The notes: generated by a model from the sequence alone, not told the origin. A stretch of 64,000 nt of DNA from an uncultured Chloroflexia bacterium (GCA_963726245.1 CAVSBT010000043.1:1-64000); one strand, 5' to 3'; positions 10,252 through 21,879 are shown, numbered from the stretch's first letter. Numbers and translations: made by a program.

Positions 10252-11322
10252 ATGACCGCCGTGCAGCCACGCGATACCGTCGAGCTGGCGCCTGCCTCGG
10301 CGCAGCGAACCAGAAACGGGCTGGTGCTGGCCCTGGTCGTGGCCGCCCTCGCCTGGGTGGGAGCTTACCTTGCTCTCCGCCCCGTCGCCGACGCCTTGAC
10401 GTACGACATGCTGCGTCTGTCGGGTGAGAGCCACCTTGGCAGCGCTGTCAACTTCTTCCTCTACGACACCCCCAAGGTGCTCCTCCTGCTTACGGGCATC
10501 GTCTTCCTGATGGGAATCATCCGCACATTCTTCTCCCCAGAGCGGACAAGGGCGATGCTCGGCGGTCGCAGGGAGGGAGTAGGCAACGTCGCCGCGGCGG
10601 GCCTCGGGATCGTGACGCCATTCTGCTCCTGTTCGGCCGTGCCGCTGTTCATCGGCTTTGTGGAGGCCGGCGTGCCTCTGGGGGTCACCTTCTCGTTCCT
10701 CATCTCAGCGCCGATGGTGAACGAGGTCGCCATCGTGCTCCTGTTCGGGCTCTTCGGGTGGAAGACGGCGGCGCTGTACGTCGGACTCGGGCTGGCGATA
10801 GCTATCGGCGCGGGCTGGGTTATTGGACGCCTGCGGATGGAGCGTTACGTTGAGCCCTTCGTGTACGAGATCGCCGTCGGGCGGCTCGACTCCGGGGAGA
10901 GCCTGACATGGTCCGACCGGGCCGCGAGGGGCATCCAGGCCATCCGTGACATAGTTGGCCGCGTCTGGCCGTTCGTTGTGGCCGGCATTGCAGTCGGTGC
11001 GGCCATCCACGGCTACGTGCCGCAGGACACGATGGCCGGAATCATGGGCAAGGGAGCCTGGTGGAGCGTCCCGGCTGCCGTAGTCATGGGCGTGCCGATG
11101 TACTCGAACGCCGCGGGCGTGCTGCCCGTAATCGAGGCCCTGATTGACAAAGGGGCCGCGTTGGGGACGGCGCTCGCTTTCATGATGAGTGTGGTAGCCC
11201 TGTCATTCCCGGAGATGATCATCCTTCGCCGGGTCCTGAAGTGGCAACTGATAGCCGTCTTCATCGCTGTGGTCGCGGGCGGCATCACGGCTGTTGGCTT
11301 CGTCTTCAATCTGGTCTTCTAG
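10252..11322 (+). CDS. ArsP/DUF318-type permease
   Basis: TPFCSCSAVP, FLISAPMVNEV, GVPMYSNA, ALSFPE. Confidence 0.9.
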   Translation: MTAVQPRDTVELAPASAQRTRNGLVLALVVAALAWVGAYLALRPVADALTYDMLRLSGESHLGSAVNFFLYDTPKVLLLLTGIVFLMGIIRTFFSPERTRAMLGGRREGVGNVAAAGLGIVTPFCSCSAVPLFIGFVEAGVPLGVTFSFLISAPMVNEVAIVLLFGLFGWKTAALYVGLGLAIAIGAGWVIGRLRMERYVEPFVYEIAVGRLDSGESLTWSDRAARGIQAIRDIVGRVWPFVVAGIAVGAAIHGYVPQDTMAGIMGKGAWWSVPAAVVMGVPMYSNAAGVLPVIEALIDKGAALGTALAFMMSVVALSFPEMIILRRVLKWQLIAVFIAVVAGGITAVGFVFNLVF

Positions 11323-11332
11323 GAGGAACAAG

Positions 11333-11578
11333 ATGCTAAAGATCGAGGTGCTGGGGTCCGGTTGCGCCAACTGCCAGCGACTTGAGATGCTGGCGCGCGA
11401 GGCCGTGGCGAAGCTGGGCATCGAGGCGGAGGTAGAGCACGTTACGGACATCAAGCAGATCATGGCACGCGGCGTCATGGCGACGCCCGGGCTCGCCGTG
11501 AACGGCAGAGTCGTCTCCAAAGGCCGGCTACCATCCCTCGCCGAGGTCGAGGGCCTGATCAAGGGTGCCGCCCTATAG
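11333..11578 (+). CDS. small redox-active disulfide (thioredoxin-like) protein
   Basis: [23 protein letters not shown]; AGGAGG RBS. Confidence 0.9.
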   Translation: MLKIEVLGSGCANCQRLEMLAREAVAKLGIEAEVEHVTDIKQIMARGVMATPGLAVNGRVVSKGRLPSLAEVEGLIKGAAL

Positions 11579-11600
11579 CAGGCGGTCTCGGAGTACACCC

Positions 11601-12038
11601 GTGAAGCAGAGGGTCCTCTTCATCTGCACCCACAACTCGGCCCGCAGCCAGATGGCGGAGGCGTACCTGAACCGTCTCGGCGTCGGCCGCTTCGAGGCCC
11701 AGAGCGCCGGCACCGAGCCCGGCACCCTCAATTCCCTGGCCGTCCAGGTCATGGCTGAGGAGGGCATCGACATCAGCAGCCAGCGGGCCAAGTCCGTAGA
11801 CGACTTCGTGCAAGAGGCCTTCGACTACGTCATCACGGTCTGCGACGACGCCAACGAGAGCTGCCCGGTATTCCCAAATGCTCGTAATCGCCTGCACTGG
11901 AGCTTCCCCGACCCCTCGCGGGCGGAAGGAACGCGGAAAGAGCGCCTTGCCACTTTCCGGGCCGTGCGGGACGCCATCAGGGCGCGGGTGGAGGAATTCT
12001 TAGCGGCGAGTGTGCGCGAAGGAGACCGATCGCCATGA
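11601..12038 (+). CDS. arsC: arsenate reductase, LMW-PTP family
   Basis: [30 protein letters not shown]. Confidence 0.92.
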   Translation: MKQRVLFICTHNSARSQMAEAYLNRLGVGRFEAQSAGTEPGTLNSLAVQVMAEEGIDISSQRAKSVDDFVQEAFDYVITVCDDANESCPVFPNARNRLHWSFPDPSRAEGTRKERLATFRAVRDAIRARVEEFLAASVREGDRSP

Positions 12039-13156
12039 CCATCGCTGAGGCCGCGCGACCGCGTGTCGCCGAACGTCTCTCGCTCCTGGACCGCTACCTC
12101 GCCTTCTGGATCATTCTCACCATGGCCTTCGGCGTGGCGCTGGGGAAGCTTCTCCCCAGTGTCGCTGACGCCATCAACTCCGCCAGCATCGGCACCACCT
12201 CCATCCCCATCGCCGTTGGACTCCTCTGGATGATGTACCCCGTCCTGGCCAAGGTGAGGTATGAGGAGCTGGGCAAGGTGAAAGGCGCCTGGAAGATGTT
12301 CAGCCTCTCGCTGGTCCAGAACTGGCTGGTGGGGCCCGTGATCATGTTCGCGCTGGCCTGGCTGCTCCTTCCCGACCAGCCGGAGTACCGCACGGGGCTG
12401 ATCATCGTCGGGCTGGCCCGCTGCATCGCCATGGTGCTCATCTGGAACATGCTGGCGGAGGGTGACAACGAGTATGCCGCCGTGCTGGTGGCGCTCAACT
12501 CTGTCTTCCAGGTGCTCTTCTACTCCCTCTACGCCTACTTCTTCGTCAGCGTCGCCAGCTCCTGGTTCGGCGGCGGCGAGGAGGTCCACATCAGCTTCTG
12601 GGAGGTGGCAAGGAGCGTCCTCATCTTCCTGGGCATTCCCCTGGTGGCCGGGATGATCACCCGCTACGTGGGCATCCGGCGCAAGGGGCGCGACTGGTAC
12701 GAGGGCGTCCTCATGCCCCGCCTGGGCCCGACGGCCATCGTCGGACTGCTCTTCACCATCGTGGTGATGTTCGCCCTGAAGGGCGAGTACATCCTGGACG
12801 TGCCGCTAGACGTCCTACGGATAGCGATACCGCTGCTGCTCTACTTCCTCATCATGTTCACTGTCTCGTTCCTCATGTCCTGGCGGCTACGCTTCCGCTA
12901 CCCGGAGACGGCGACTCTCTCCTTCACAGCGGCCAGCAACAACTTCGAGCTGGCCATCGCCGTGGCCATCGGCGTCTTCGGCATCGAGTCCGGGCAGGCG
13001 CTGGCGGCGGTGGTCGGGCCGCTCATCGAGGTGCCGGTGCTCATCTCGCTGGTGTACGTCGCGTTGTGGGCGCGTCGCTTCTTCTTCACCGTCGACGGTG
13101 AGGCGAAACCGCTGTCCCTCTCCAAAGCGCCGGTTTCGGTGTCGGAGGGGCCGTGA
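12035..13156 (+). CDS. acr3: arsenite efflux transporter Acr3
   Basis: [40 protein letters not shown]. Confidence 0.95.
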   Translation: MTIAEAARPRVAERLSLLDRYLAFWIILTMAFGVALGKLLPSVADAINSASIGTTSIPIAVGLLWMMYPVLAKVRYEELGKVKGAWKMFSLSLVQNWLVGPVIMFALAWLLLPDQPEYRTGLIIVGLARCIAMVLIWNMLAEGDNEYAAVLVALNSVFQVLFYSLYAYFFVSVASSWFGGGEEVHISFWEVARSVLIFLGIPLVAGMITRYVGIRRKGRDWYEGVLMPRLGPTAIVGLLFTIVVMFALKGEYILDVPLDVLRIAIPLLLYFLIMFTVSFLMSWRLRFRYPETATLSFTAASNNFELAIAVAIGVFGIESGQALAAVVGPLIEVPVLISLVYVALWARRFFFTVDGEAKPLSLSKAPVSVSEGP

Positions 13157-13311
13157 GCCTCCTCGAAGCGCTTCTCGACTCGCTCGACGGCGACGCGCGC
13201 CCGTAGCGGTCGGGAGCAGAGATAGTCACGCGCCGCGACGAGCGGCAAGTCCAGCTTCCAGCGAATACTCACAAGGGCCAGGCGAAAGCGCCCGCGCCCT
13301 CTCGGCCGGTT

Positions 13312-14526
13312 ATGACCAAGAAACCGACGTTACTCGACCTGTGCAGGACGACCCTCTATATCGGCGCCGTCGGCTACGGTGGTCCGGCGATCCTGGCGCT
13401 GATGAAGAGGACGCTTTCTGACCGGAAAAAGTGGATCTCTGAGAGCGAGTTCATGAACGCCCTGAGCCTGGCGCAGGTCCTGCCCGGCGCGACCGGCGTG
13501 GAGGTCATAACCTACATTGGCTTCAAGCTTCACAAGCTTTGGGGTGGAATCCTAGCGCCCTTGTGCTTCATATTGCCTGCCGCTGTCGCCGTGACGACGC
13601 TGGCCTGGGCCTACTTCCGCTTTGGCGATGTCGCGTTTGTCAGCGCGCTGTTCGCCGGTCTGGGGGCGCTCGTGGTCGCGCTCCTGGTCAGCGCTACGTG
13701 GATGCTCGGACGGTCGGTGTTCAAGAAGTTGGAGACTGCTGACATAAAGGGCCTTGCCATCGGCTCGCTGACGTTTATCAGTGCCTACTTCTTCGATCTG
13801 AACATTATTTGGCTGATCCTCGCCGCCGGCTTCCTGGGGTTTGTCCTGTTCTACTTCACCGGCGAGTTCGAGGGCGAAAGAGCGACAAGCGGAGAGGCGC
13901 TGCTTTTCGAGCCCGACGTGTTGCAGCGCGAGCAACTTGGCCTGAGGGACTTCATCCCTGTGATCGCGATAGCAGCCCTTCTCGGCATCGGTTTGCTTTT
14001 CTCGTCAACCCGCGCCTTGCTGACGACCTTTCTGGGTATCGGCGCCCTTGCCTTCGGCGGAGGCTTCACCAGCATCCCGCTTATTCAGCACCAGGTGGTG
14101 GATGCCCAGGGCTGGCTGACGACGAAGCAGTTCCTGGACGGAATCGCCCTGGGACAGATCACCCCCGGCCCGGTCCTGATTACCGCAACGTTTGTCGGCT
14201 ATCACGTGGCGCTGGTAGCGGGCGCGCTCTTCGCGACTCTGGCGATCTTCACGCCGTCGGTGGCCGCCATGATTGCGCTCGCCGACGTTCACGCCAGGGT
14301 GCAGAATCTCAAGATCGTCAAGGTGGTGATCAAGGGATTTCTGTCCGGTTTCATCGGCCTGCTCGTCGCCGTCACGCTGCAGTTCGCCTTCAAGTCGCTT
14401 GTGAGCTGGCAGGCGTGGCTGATTTTCCTGGGGGCGATTGTCTGGATAATGGTTTTGAAGAGAGATTCTGTGTGGGCAATCGTCGGAACGATCGCGTTGT
14501 CGTTACTGATATTTCAATGGTGGTGA
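13312..14526 (+). CDS. chrA: chromate efflux transporter (long-chain CHR)
   Basis: Two CHR halves: GYGGP..LAQVLPGA and AFGGG..LGQITPGP. Confidence 0.92.
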   Translation: MTKKPTLLDLCRTTLYIGAVGYGGPAILALMKRTLSDRKKWISESEFMNALSLAQVLPGATGVEVITYIGFKLHKLWGGILAPLCFILPAAVAVTTLAWAYFRFGDVAFVSALFAGLGALVVALLVSATWMLGRSVFKKLETADIKGLAIGSLTFISAYFFDLNIIWLILAAGFLGFVLFYFTGEFEGERATSGEALLFEPDVLQREQLGLRDFIPVIAIAALLGIGLLFSSTRALLTTFLGIGALAFGGGFTSIPLIQHQVVDAQGWLTTKQFLDGIALGQITPGPVLITATFVGYHVALVAGALFATLAIFTPSVAAMIALADVHARVQNLKIVKVVIKGFLSGFIGLLVAVTLQFAFKSLVSWQAWLIFLGAIVWIMVLKRDSVWAIVGTIALSLLIFQWW

Positions 14527-14646
14527 GAATCCGTTGCCAGTCTCTGGCGCTCGCCCCGACACGAGCCTATGATGAGGCCTGATTCGCCGGCCTCATCGAG
14601 TCGCGAAAGGCCTCGCTGACGCGCCGGGGCACGGAGGCCACGCCTC

Positions 14647-15516
14647 ATGCCGGAGCTCCTGAAGGCCGTCATCCTGGGCACTGTCCAGGGTCTGACTGAG
14701 TTCCTTCCGGTTTCCTCCACCGGCCACCTCATCCTCCTCGAGAAAGCGCTGGACGTTAACCAGGACACCTTCGGCCTCACCTTCGATGCCGCTATCCACC
14801 TGGGTACCCTTCTGTCGATACTGTTCGTGCTCCGTCAAGAGATACTGCGGCTGGCCGCGGCCTGGCTACGCAGCCTGCGGCCGGACGCCGAGCAGGCCGG
14901 GCGGGCTGGTGCGCCGTCTGGAGGGCAACGCCGATGCCCGTCTCGCCTGGCTCCTCATCCTGGCTACGGTGCCGGCCGCCATCCTGGGCCTCTTGCTGGA
15001 GAGCGCCGTCGAGGACGCGTTTCGGAAGCCGGTTCTGGTGGCCTCCATGCTCATTGCCTTTGCCGCCGTCCTCGTCCTGGCCGAGCGGCTGGGCAGCAAA
15101 CGGAAGTCCATGGCTGAGCTCGGGGTAGCTGGGGGCCCTGTTCATAGGCTTCGCGCAGGCCGTGGCGCTGGTGCCGGGCGTCTCGCGATCAGGGAGCACG
15201 ATAGCGGCGGGGCTCTTCGCTCGGCCTCGAGCGGCGGCAGGCGGCGGTCTTCGCCTTTCTCCTCTCGGCGCCGGTGATAGCGGGGGCCGGGCTGAAGAAG
15301 GTGTACGACGTGTTCGACGAGGTGCGGGCGGGCACGCTCGATGCGGCCGACCTGCGCTTCTTCGCCGTGGGGTTCGTGTTGTCGGCGCTGTGGGGCGCCG
15401 TCGCCATCGCCTTCCTGCTGCGATACCTGCAGCGGAACTCCCTCTACGTCTTCGTCTGGTACCGCGTGGCGCTGGGGCTGGCGGTCCTTGGGATCGTTGC
15501 CGCCAAGGCCGTGTGA
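14647..15516 (+). CDS. uppP: undecaprenyl-diphosphate phosphatase (frameshifts)
   Basis: GTVQGLTEFLPVSSTGHL and ALVPGVSRSGSTI. Confidence 0.92.
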
Positions 15517-15546
15517 GGCGCGCCGGAGATGAGACGCGACCCCGGT

Positions 15547-15604
15547 CGTAGGGGCGCCCCTCTGTGGGCGCCCCTGAGGGCAGGGACAGGGCCCTGCCCC
15601 TACG
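15547..15604. repeat. GTAG-type REP doublet between convergent uppP and cobO
   Basis: CGTAGGGGCGCCCCTCTGTGGGCGCCC...GGGCAGGGACAGGGCCCTGCCCCTACG with inverted GTAGGGGC ends. Confidence 0.8.
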
Positions 15605-15631
15605 CCAGCTTGTGCCAGGGAGCCGGCGCGG

Positions 15632-16180
15632 CTAGAAGTCGACGCCGGGCTGGGCCTTGATGCCCCGCTGGAAGGGGTGCTTCACCTCCCGCATCTCCGT
15701 CACCAGGTCGGCGAAGTCGATGAGCTCCTGGGGCGCGTCGCGGCCGGTGATCACCACGTGCAGGCTGTCGGGCCGGCGGCGGAGCACCTCCAGCACCTCC
15801 TCCATGGGCAGCCAGCCGTACTTGAGGGGGTAGGTGAACTCGTCCAGGATGATGATGTCGTACTGGCCGGAGCCTATCTTCTCCTGGGCCATCGCCCAGA
15901 GCTCGCGGGCCAGGCCCTTGTCCACCTCGATGTCCTGCGAGAGCCAGGTGTAGCCTCCGCCCAGGGGGATCATCTCGATACCCAGGCGCTTCCCGGCCCG
16001 CTCCTCGCCGTAGTTGCTCGTCTTGGTCTTGATGAAGGAGAGCATGGCCACCTTCATGCCCCGTCCCCAGGCGCGAAAGATGATGCCGAGGGCGGCGGTG
16101 GTCTTCCCCTTGCCGTGGCCGGTGTAGACCACGACCAGCGCGCCTGCTGCGCGTTCGCGCTCTCTGGGAGCGGTCGCTAT
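15632..16180 (-). CDS. cobO: cob(I)alamin adenosyltransferase CobO/BtuR (start uncertain)
   Basis: [39 protein letters not shown]. Confidence 0.93.
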   Translation of the reverse strand: MATAPRERERAAGALVVVYTGHGKGKTTAALGIIFRAWGRGMKVAMLSFIKTKTSNYGEERAGKRLGIEMIPLGGGYTWLSQDIEVDKGLARELWAMAQEKIGSGQYDIIILDEFTYPLKYGWLPMEEVLEVLRRRPDSLHVVITGRDAPQELIDFADLVTEMREVKHPFQRGIKAQPGVDF

Positions 16181-16247
16181 CTGCGTTTCCTCGATCGCCG
16201 TCCGATTTCTCGGCCGTGTGGCAATCTGTGCCCGGCTCTGGCGACGG

Positions 16248-17030
16248 CTATCTTGTCGACGACGCCGGCACCACCACCGGCCGGCCGCTGGCCGGGTGTC
16301 GCAGCACCGTCACCTCTGCGCCGTAGGCGCTGGCGATGAGCTCCGGCCGCAGCACCGAGTCCGGTGCGCCCTCCGCGACGACGGCGCCCCGGTCGAGGAG
16401 CACCAGGCGGTCGCAGTACAGGGCGGCCAGCGTCAGGTCGTGGATCGTGGCCAGCACGGCCAGGCGTCGCTCGCCGGCAGAGGCGTCGCACCAGCTCCAT
16501 GACGGCCATCTGGTGGCCCACGTCCAGGTGGGAGGTGGGCTCGTCCAGCAGCAGCACGGGCGCCTCCTGGGCCAGGGCGCGGGCGATCACCACCTGCTGT
16601 CGCTCGCCGCCCGAGAGCTGGTGGGCGAAGCGGGAGGCGAGCGCATTGGTGCCCGTCTGCTCCAGGGCCCGGCGCGCCGCCGCCAGGTCCGGCGGCCCCT
16701 CGGATTGTAGCAGCCGCAGGTGAGGGGTGCGACCCATGAGGACCATCTCCAGACCGTGAAGCCTTCGGGCAGGGCGGGGTTCTGAGGGACCACGGCCACT
16801 CGACGGGCCAGCGCCGCCCTCGTCAGCCCCCGGCAGTCCTCGCCCAGTAGGCGCACCTCCCCCGAGCGGAGCGGCATCACGCGCGTGACGGCGCGCACCA
16901 GGGTGGTCTTGCCGGAGCCGTTGGGTCCCACCAGGCCCACGACCTCGCCGGCGGCCACGTCCAGGCTCACCCCGCGCAGGACGGGGGCGCCGCCGTAGTC
17001 GGCCCAGAGGTCCCGTATCTCCAGCATCAC
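16248..17030 (-). CDS. btuD: cobalamin ABC transporter ATP-binding subunit (frameshifts)
   Basis: [38 protein letters not shown]. Confidence 0.85.
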
Positions 17031-17035
17031 TCCCC

Positions 17036-18139
17036 TCAGAAGACGGCGCGCCTGTGGCGGCGCAGCAGCCAGAGGAAGAACGGCGCCCCGCAGAGGGCGG
17101 TGACGACCCCGACCGGCACCTCCGACGGCGAAAGGACGGAGCGGGCCGCCAGGTCGGCCAGGATGAGGAAGACGGCGCCAGCCGCCATGGACAGGGGCAC
17201 CAGCCGCCGGTAGTCGGACCCCCAGAGGAGGCGCACGGTGTGAGGCACGATGAGCCCCACGAAGCCGATGATCCCGCTCACCGAGACGGCCGCCGCCGTC
17301 GCCAGGGAGGCGGCCAAGATGACCAGCAGCTTCACCCGCTCCACGGGCACGCCCAACTGCTGCGCCTCCTCCTCGTCCAGCTGGAGGACGTTGAGGAGGC
17401 GGCTGCTGCGCCAGAACGATGGCACCGCCGACCAGGCTGTAGGGCAGGACCAGCCCACCTTCTGCCAGGTGGCGGTGTTGAAGCCGCCCAGCAGCCAGGA
17501 GAGCACTGTCACCGCGCGCTCGTGGTTGGCCATGATGAGGAAGGACATGGCGGCGGTGGCCGCGGCGGAGACGGCGACGCCGGCCAGGATGAGGGTGACG
17601 CTGGGTGCCACGCCGCCGCTACGGGCCAGCCCGTAACTGATCGAGACGGCGAGCGCCGCGCCCACGAAGGCGGCCGGCGGCAGCAGGCTCAGGGTGCCGA
17701 AGGCGTACGGCACCGGCGAGACGAGGACGATCGTCGCCCCGAGGCCGGCGCCGGCCGCTACTCCGATGAGGTAGGGGTCGGCGAGAGGGTTGCGCAGGAC
17801 GCCCTGGTAGGCGGCCCCGGAGAAGGCCAGGGTGGCCCCCACCAGCCCGGCCAGGAGCACCCGCGGCAGGCGGATCTGCCAGACGATCTCCTCCCAGGTC
17901 TTGGGCCAGGTCACACTTCCCAGCCCCAGCACCTTGGAGGCGAGGATGCGCACGACGGTGGTGAAGGGGATGCCGGCGGCGCCCTGGCTCACCCCCACGA
18001 GTACGGCAGCCAGGACAGCCAGCAGTGCCAGAGCCAGCGGTAGGCGCAGCGACCGTGCCCCCGGCAGGGCGAACGCCTCCTCGTCGGCGAAGGCGCCGGC
18101 GTGAGGGTCGGGAGCAGGCAGGGCGCGGGCGCGTGTCAA
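17036..18139 (-). CDS. btuC: cobalamin ABC transporter permease (FecCD family)
   Basis: [31 protein letters not shown]. Confidence 0.88.
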   Translation of the reverse strand: MTRARALPAPDPHAGAFADEEAFALPGARSLRLPLALALLAVLAAVLVGVSQGAAGIPFTTVVRILASKVLGLGSVTWPKTWEEIVWQIRLPRVLLAGLVGATLAFSGAAYQGVLRNPLADPYLIGVAAGAGLGATIVLVSPVPYAFGTLSLLPPAAFVGAALAVSISYGLARSGGVAPSVTLILAGVAVSAAATAAMSFLIMANHERAVTVLSWLLGGFNTATWQKVGWSCPTAWSAVPSFWRSSRLLNVLQLDEEEAQQLGVPVERVKLLVILAASLATAAAVSVSGIIGFVGLIVPHTVRLLWGSDYRRLVPLSMAAGAVFLILADLAARSVLSPSEVPVGVVTALCGAPFFLWLLRRHRRAVF

Positions 18140-19078
18140 GGGAACTTCTCCGGGTAGAGGAAGCGCGCCAGTTGCTCGAGGCCGTCCACCAGACGGGGGC
18201 CCGGCCGGCTGACGAGGTCCGGGTCGATGACGTAGATGCGGTCGTTCTTGACGGCGCTGATGGCGCTCCAGCCCGGCCTCGCCTTCACTGTTTGCGGCGA
18301 CTCGCCGGCGTCTGCGTCGGCCAGGATGATGACCTCCGGGTCGCGGGCCAGGATCTCCTCCTGGCTGAGCTGGGGATAGGCCGTGGGAGCGCCCTCGGCG
18401 ATGTTGCGCGCCTTGAGCAGGTTATAGAAGTCGCCGACGAAGGAGTTGGGAGCGACGGTGAAGAACGTGTTGTCCAGCTCGTGGTAAATGCGCGGCCCAT
18501 TCTCGACGTCGGCCAGCTTGTCGGTGACCGCCGCCATCCGCCCACTCATCTCCTGGGCCAGGCGTTCACCGTCCGCGGCGTGGCCGCTGACGCGCGCCAG
18601 GACCTGCACCTGCTGCATGACGCCATCGATGGTGTCCGGCACCTCCAGGAAGAGCACCGTCTCGCCCAGCCGGTCCAGCACCTCGACGATGTCGTCCTGG
18701 TTGTGGGCGACGATGATGAGGTCGGCTCGGACCGTCGCGATGGCCTCGGGGTTAGGCTGGAAGGCGTCGAGCCTGGTCGTGTTCTCGGCCTCCGCCGGGT
18801 AGTCCGATTGCAGGTCGGTGGCTACTATCTGGGGCCCGGCCCCCACGGCGTACAGGACCTCGGTCGCCGCCGGCGACAGCGAGGCGATGCGCTGGGGCGG
18901 CCTGCGCTATCGTCAGGTCGCGGCCGTCGCTGCGGGCGACGGTAACCGGAAAGCCGGCGGCCGCTGTGGTGGGTTCAGGGTTGGCGGCGGACTGGTTGTC
19001 CCCGCCGCAGGCGCTTGCTGCCAGCGCCAGCGCGATGAGAAGGGTCAGCACGGTCCCGAACAGGGGAAGGCGTCGCAT
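18136..19078 (-). CDS. btuF: cobalamin-binding lipoprotein (frameshift near 18900)
   Basis: ASAC lipobox, FPVTV, RIASLSP..TE, SRPGPRL; first gene after a B12 riboswitch. Confidence 0.88.
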
Positions 19079-19156
19079 CGCGTACCTCCATTTCAGCGAG
19101 CGGGACGCCGGGCAACAAAATACCCCCGCCTTGAGAAGGTCGGAGGGCCTTTCGGG

Positions 19157-19186
19157 AAGAAAAGCCCTTGCCTGGGGGCAAGGGCT
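19157..19186 (-). terminator. intrinsic terminator in the riboswitch expression platform
   Basis: Minus strand AGCCCTTGCC-CCCA-GGCAAGGGCT followed by TTTCTT. Confidence 0.65.
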
Positions 19187-19239
19187 GGACTACGCCGCAA
19201 GGTGTGCCCGCGCCTTTTCCTCGAAGGCTGATGGCATCC

Positions 19240-19347
19240 TGTGGGGGAAGGTTTTCTGGCTCGGCCCGAGGGGCGGGCCTTACAGTTGCGGGACAGCGCC
19301 GGCCTTGCACCGGACTTGCCCTTTTCGCCCCGGAGGGCGCCCCCACA
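19240..19347 (-). ncRNA. cobalamin riboswitch
   Basis: Minus strand AAAAGGGCAAGTCCGGTGCAAGGCCGGCGCTGTCCCGCAACTGTAA...GAGCCAGAAAACCT; P1 TGTGGGGG/CCCCCACA; upstream of btuF. Confidence 0.92.
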
Positions 19348-19471
19348 ACGACGCGCAATATTCAGTTTTCGCTGTCGCCCGGGCGACGCTGGGACTATAG
19401 CAGCGCCGCGCCGGCCTGTCAACGGGAAGGTGGTGGGCCGCTGGGGGTTCGTGACTAGTGAGGGATTCCCA

Positions 19472-19533
19472 ACCCCCGCCTGAAGGCGGGGGCATGGGAT
19501 CGCCTTTCGATGCCCCAGCGTTCACGCTGGGGT
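19472..19533. repeat. inverted doublet of TTCA-loop hairpins (REP or IS200/605-end-like)
   Basis: ACCCCCGCCTGAAGGCGGGGGCAT and inverted ATGCCCCAGCGTTCACGCTGGGGT differ only by compensatory changes. Confidence 0.75.
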
Positions 19534-19552
19534 CGTGTCTAGAGGTGCGGCG

Positions 19553-20978
19553 TCACGCCGAGACCGGCGGACGGCGCCCCGCCCAGGGGCGGGCCTCTTC
19601 GAGCTGGGCGGCCAGGCGGAAGAGCGTGGCCTCGTCGCCGAAGCGGCCTATGAACTGGCTGCCGACCGGCAGGCCCTCTGCGTTCCAGTACAGCGGTACC
19701 GACATCGCCGGCTGGCCCGTGATGTTGCAGATGGGAGTGAACGGCCGCAAAGGATGCCGCCCGCGCCATACCCTGCAGAGGGTTCTCCGGGGGAGAGTCG
19801 AAGCTGCCGAGGGGGAGAGGCGGCTCGCCGAGCGTCGGCGTTAGCACTAGATCATAGTCGACGAAGAAGCGGGCGATGGACCTAGAGACGGCCTGCAAGA
19901 GCGTCACCGCGATGAGGTATGTCGATGCGGGCTGAGCGCGCCCCATCTCGGCGAATGCCCAGGTAAGCGGCTCGAACTTGTCAGGCGTGGCCGCGCGCCC
20001 CGTGATCAAGGCCAGGCCATCCACGGTGGTGGCGCATGCCGCCGAATACGCAATCATGAAGCAGCGCGTCACCGCGTCGCCATCAACGGCGGGGGCGGCT
20101 TCTACCACGTCGTGGCCCAGGCCGGCGCAGAGGGTTGCGGCGTCGCGCACGGCGGCCACACAGTCAGGGTGCACTGCGCTGCCTGTGAAAGACTGGACGC
20201 TAAACGCGATGCGAAGCCGTCCAGGGTTGGCGCCCACCTCTTGGAGGAAGGGACGCGCCGGTGGGGGCGCCCAGTAAGGGTCGCCAACGTCGGGCCCTGA
20301 CGTGGCATCGAGAAGGGCGGCGCTATCCCGTACCGAGCGAGTTAGGGCGTGCTCGACCACCAGGCCGCCGGGTGTGTCGCCGAGGTCAGGTCCCAGAGGG
20401 TTGCGCCCGCGTGTCGGCTTGAGGCCGAAGAGCCCGCAGCAGGAAGCCGGGATGCGAATGGAGCCGCCGCCGTCGGCGCCGTGAGCCATGGGGACAACCC
20501 CGGCGGCCACCGCCGCTGCCGAGCCGCCACTGGAGCCCCCCGGCGTGCGCCCAACATCCCAGGGATTGTGGGTCGGGCCATACGCCTGGGGTTCGGTTGT
20601 GGGGAGGATGCCGAACTCCGGCAGGTTTGTTTTGCCGACGACGATCAGGCCGGCGCGCTTGTGCCTAACGACCAGCTCGCTGTCGTGATCGGGCACGTAG
20701 TCGCTGAGAAAGGCCGAGCCTTGGGTGACGCGAACCCCGGCATAGCTTGCCAGGAGGTCCTTGAGGAGAAAGGGAACGCCTGTGAAGGGCCCGTCGGGCA
20801 GGGGGCGCGCGGCCGCCTTGCGCGCCAGGTCGTACATCGGCGTGATCACGGCGTTGAGCTTGGGGTTCAGCCGTTCGATGCGATCAATGGAGGCGTCGAC
20901 GAGTTCGATGGGCTTGACCTCCTTGCGCCGCACGAGTTCGGCCTGGGCGGTGGCGTCGAGGAAGGCCAGGTCGTCCAT
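19553..20978 (-). CDS. amidase signature family protein (frameshift near 19750)
   Basis: [41 protein letters not shown]. Confidence 0.93.
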
Positions 20979-21075
20979 TGTGTCCTCCTGAAACACCGGC
21001 GTTGACCGTAGCGTCCGCTCCGCTACGATCCGCCTGCTGCACATACAATACACTATGGTGGGGAGGACGCACACG

Positions 21076-21867
21076 ATGGAGCTGGGACTGGCAGGCAAGG
21101 TGGCGCTGGTCGGAGGGGGCAGCCGCGGCATCGGCAAGGCGGTGGCGATGGGCCTGGCGCGGGAGGGCTGTCGAGTGGCGATTGGCGCTCGCGGCCGCGA
21201 GGGCTTGGAGGCGGCAGCGGCCGAGATCGCCGGCGCCACGGGCGGCGAGGTGCTGCCCGTCGTCTGCGACATGTCGAGGCACGACGACATACGGCGCTTC
21301 GTGGCGGAGACGGTCGCCCGGTTCGGCGGGCTGGACATCGTCGTGAACAACGCTGGCGGGCCGCCGCTGGGGACCTTTGATGAGCACTCCGACGAGGTCT
21401 GGCAGGCTGCCCTGGCGCAGAACTTCCTCAGCGTCGCGCGCACCGTCCGCGAAGCGCTGCCTCACCTGCGGCGGCGCGGCGGCGGCCGCATCATCAACAT
21501 CACGTCCGTAGCTGTGAAGCAGCCGATCGACGGGCTCATCCTCTCGAACGCCGCCCGCCTTGGTGTGGTGGGCCTGGCCAAGACCCTCTCCCGCGAGCTG
21601 GGCCCGGACCAGATCCTGGTCAACAACGTCTGCCCCGGCCTCACCCTCACCGACCGCTTGCGCCATGTGCTCGAGAACCGCGCCACCGCCGAGGGCCGCC
21701 CCGTGGAGGAGATCGTCGAGGAGGAGGGCCGGCGCGTGCCTGTGGGGCATCTGGGCCAGCCGGAGGACATCGCGGCCCTGGTGGTCTTTCTGGCCTCGGA
21801 GCCGGCCCGCCACATCACCGGCGTCACCATCCAGGTGGACGGCGGCTCCACGACGGCGGTTATGTAG
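21076..21867 (+). CDS. SDR family oxidoreductase (FabG-like)
   Basis: [26 protein letters not shown]. Confidence 0.92.
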   Translation: MELGLAGKVALVGGGSRGIGKAVAMGLAREGCRVAIGARGREGLEAAAAEIAGATGGEVLPVVCDMSRHDDIRRFVAETVARFGGLDIVVNNAGGPPLGTFDEHSDEVWQAALAQNFLSVARTVREALPHLRRRGGGRIINITSVAVKQPIDGLILSNAARLGVVGLAKTLSRELGPDQILVNNVCPGLTLTDRLRHVLENRATAEGRPVEEIVEEEGRRVPVGHLGQPEDIAALVVFLASEPARHITGVTIQVDGGSTTAVM

Positions 21868-21879
21868 CCTCTCGATTCC

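Noticed and set aside
14570-14625. Hairpins between chrA and uppP as a fluoride riboswitch
   Set aside because: They lack the conserved crcB-motif elements and are probably simple hairpins.
19539-21443. 634-aa amidase with a long N-terminal extension
   Set aside because: The extension is antisense to the SDR gene; an RBS and ATG are present at 20978.
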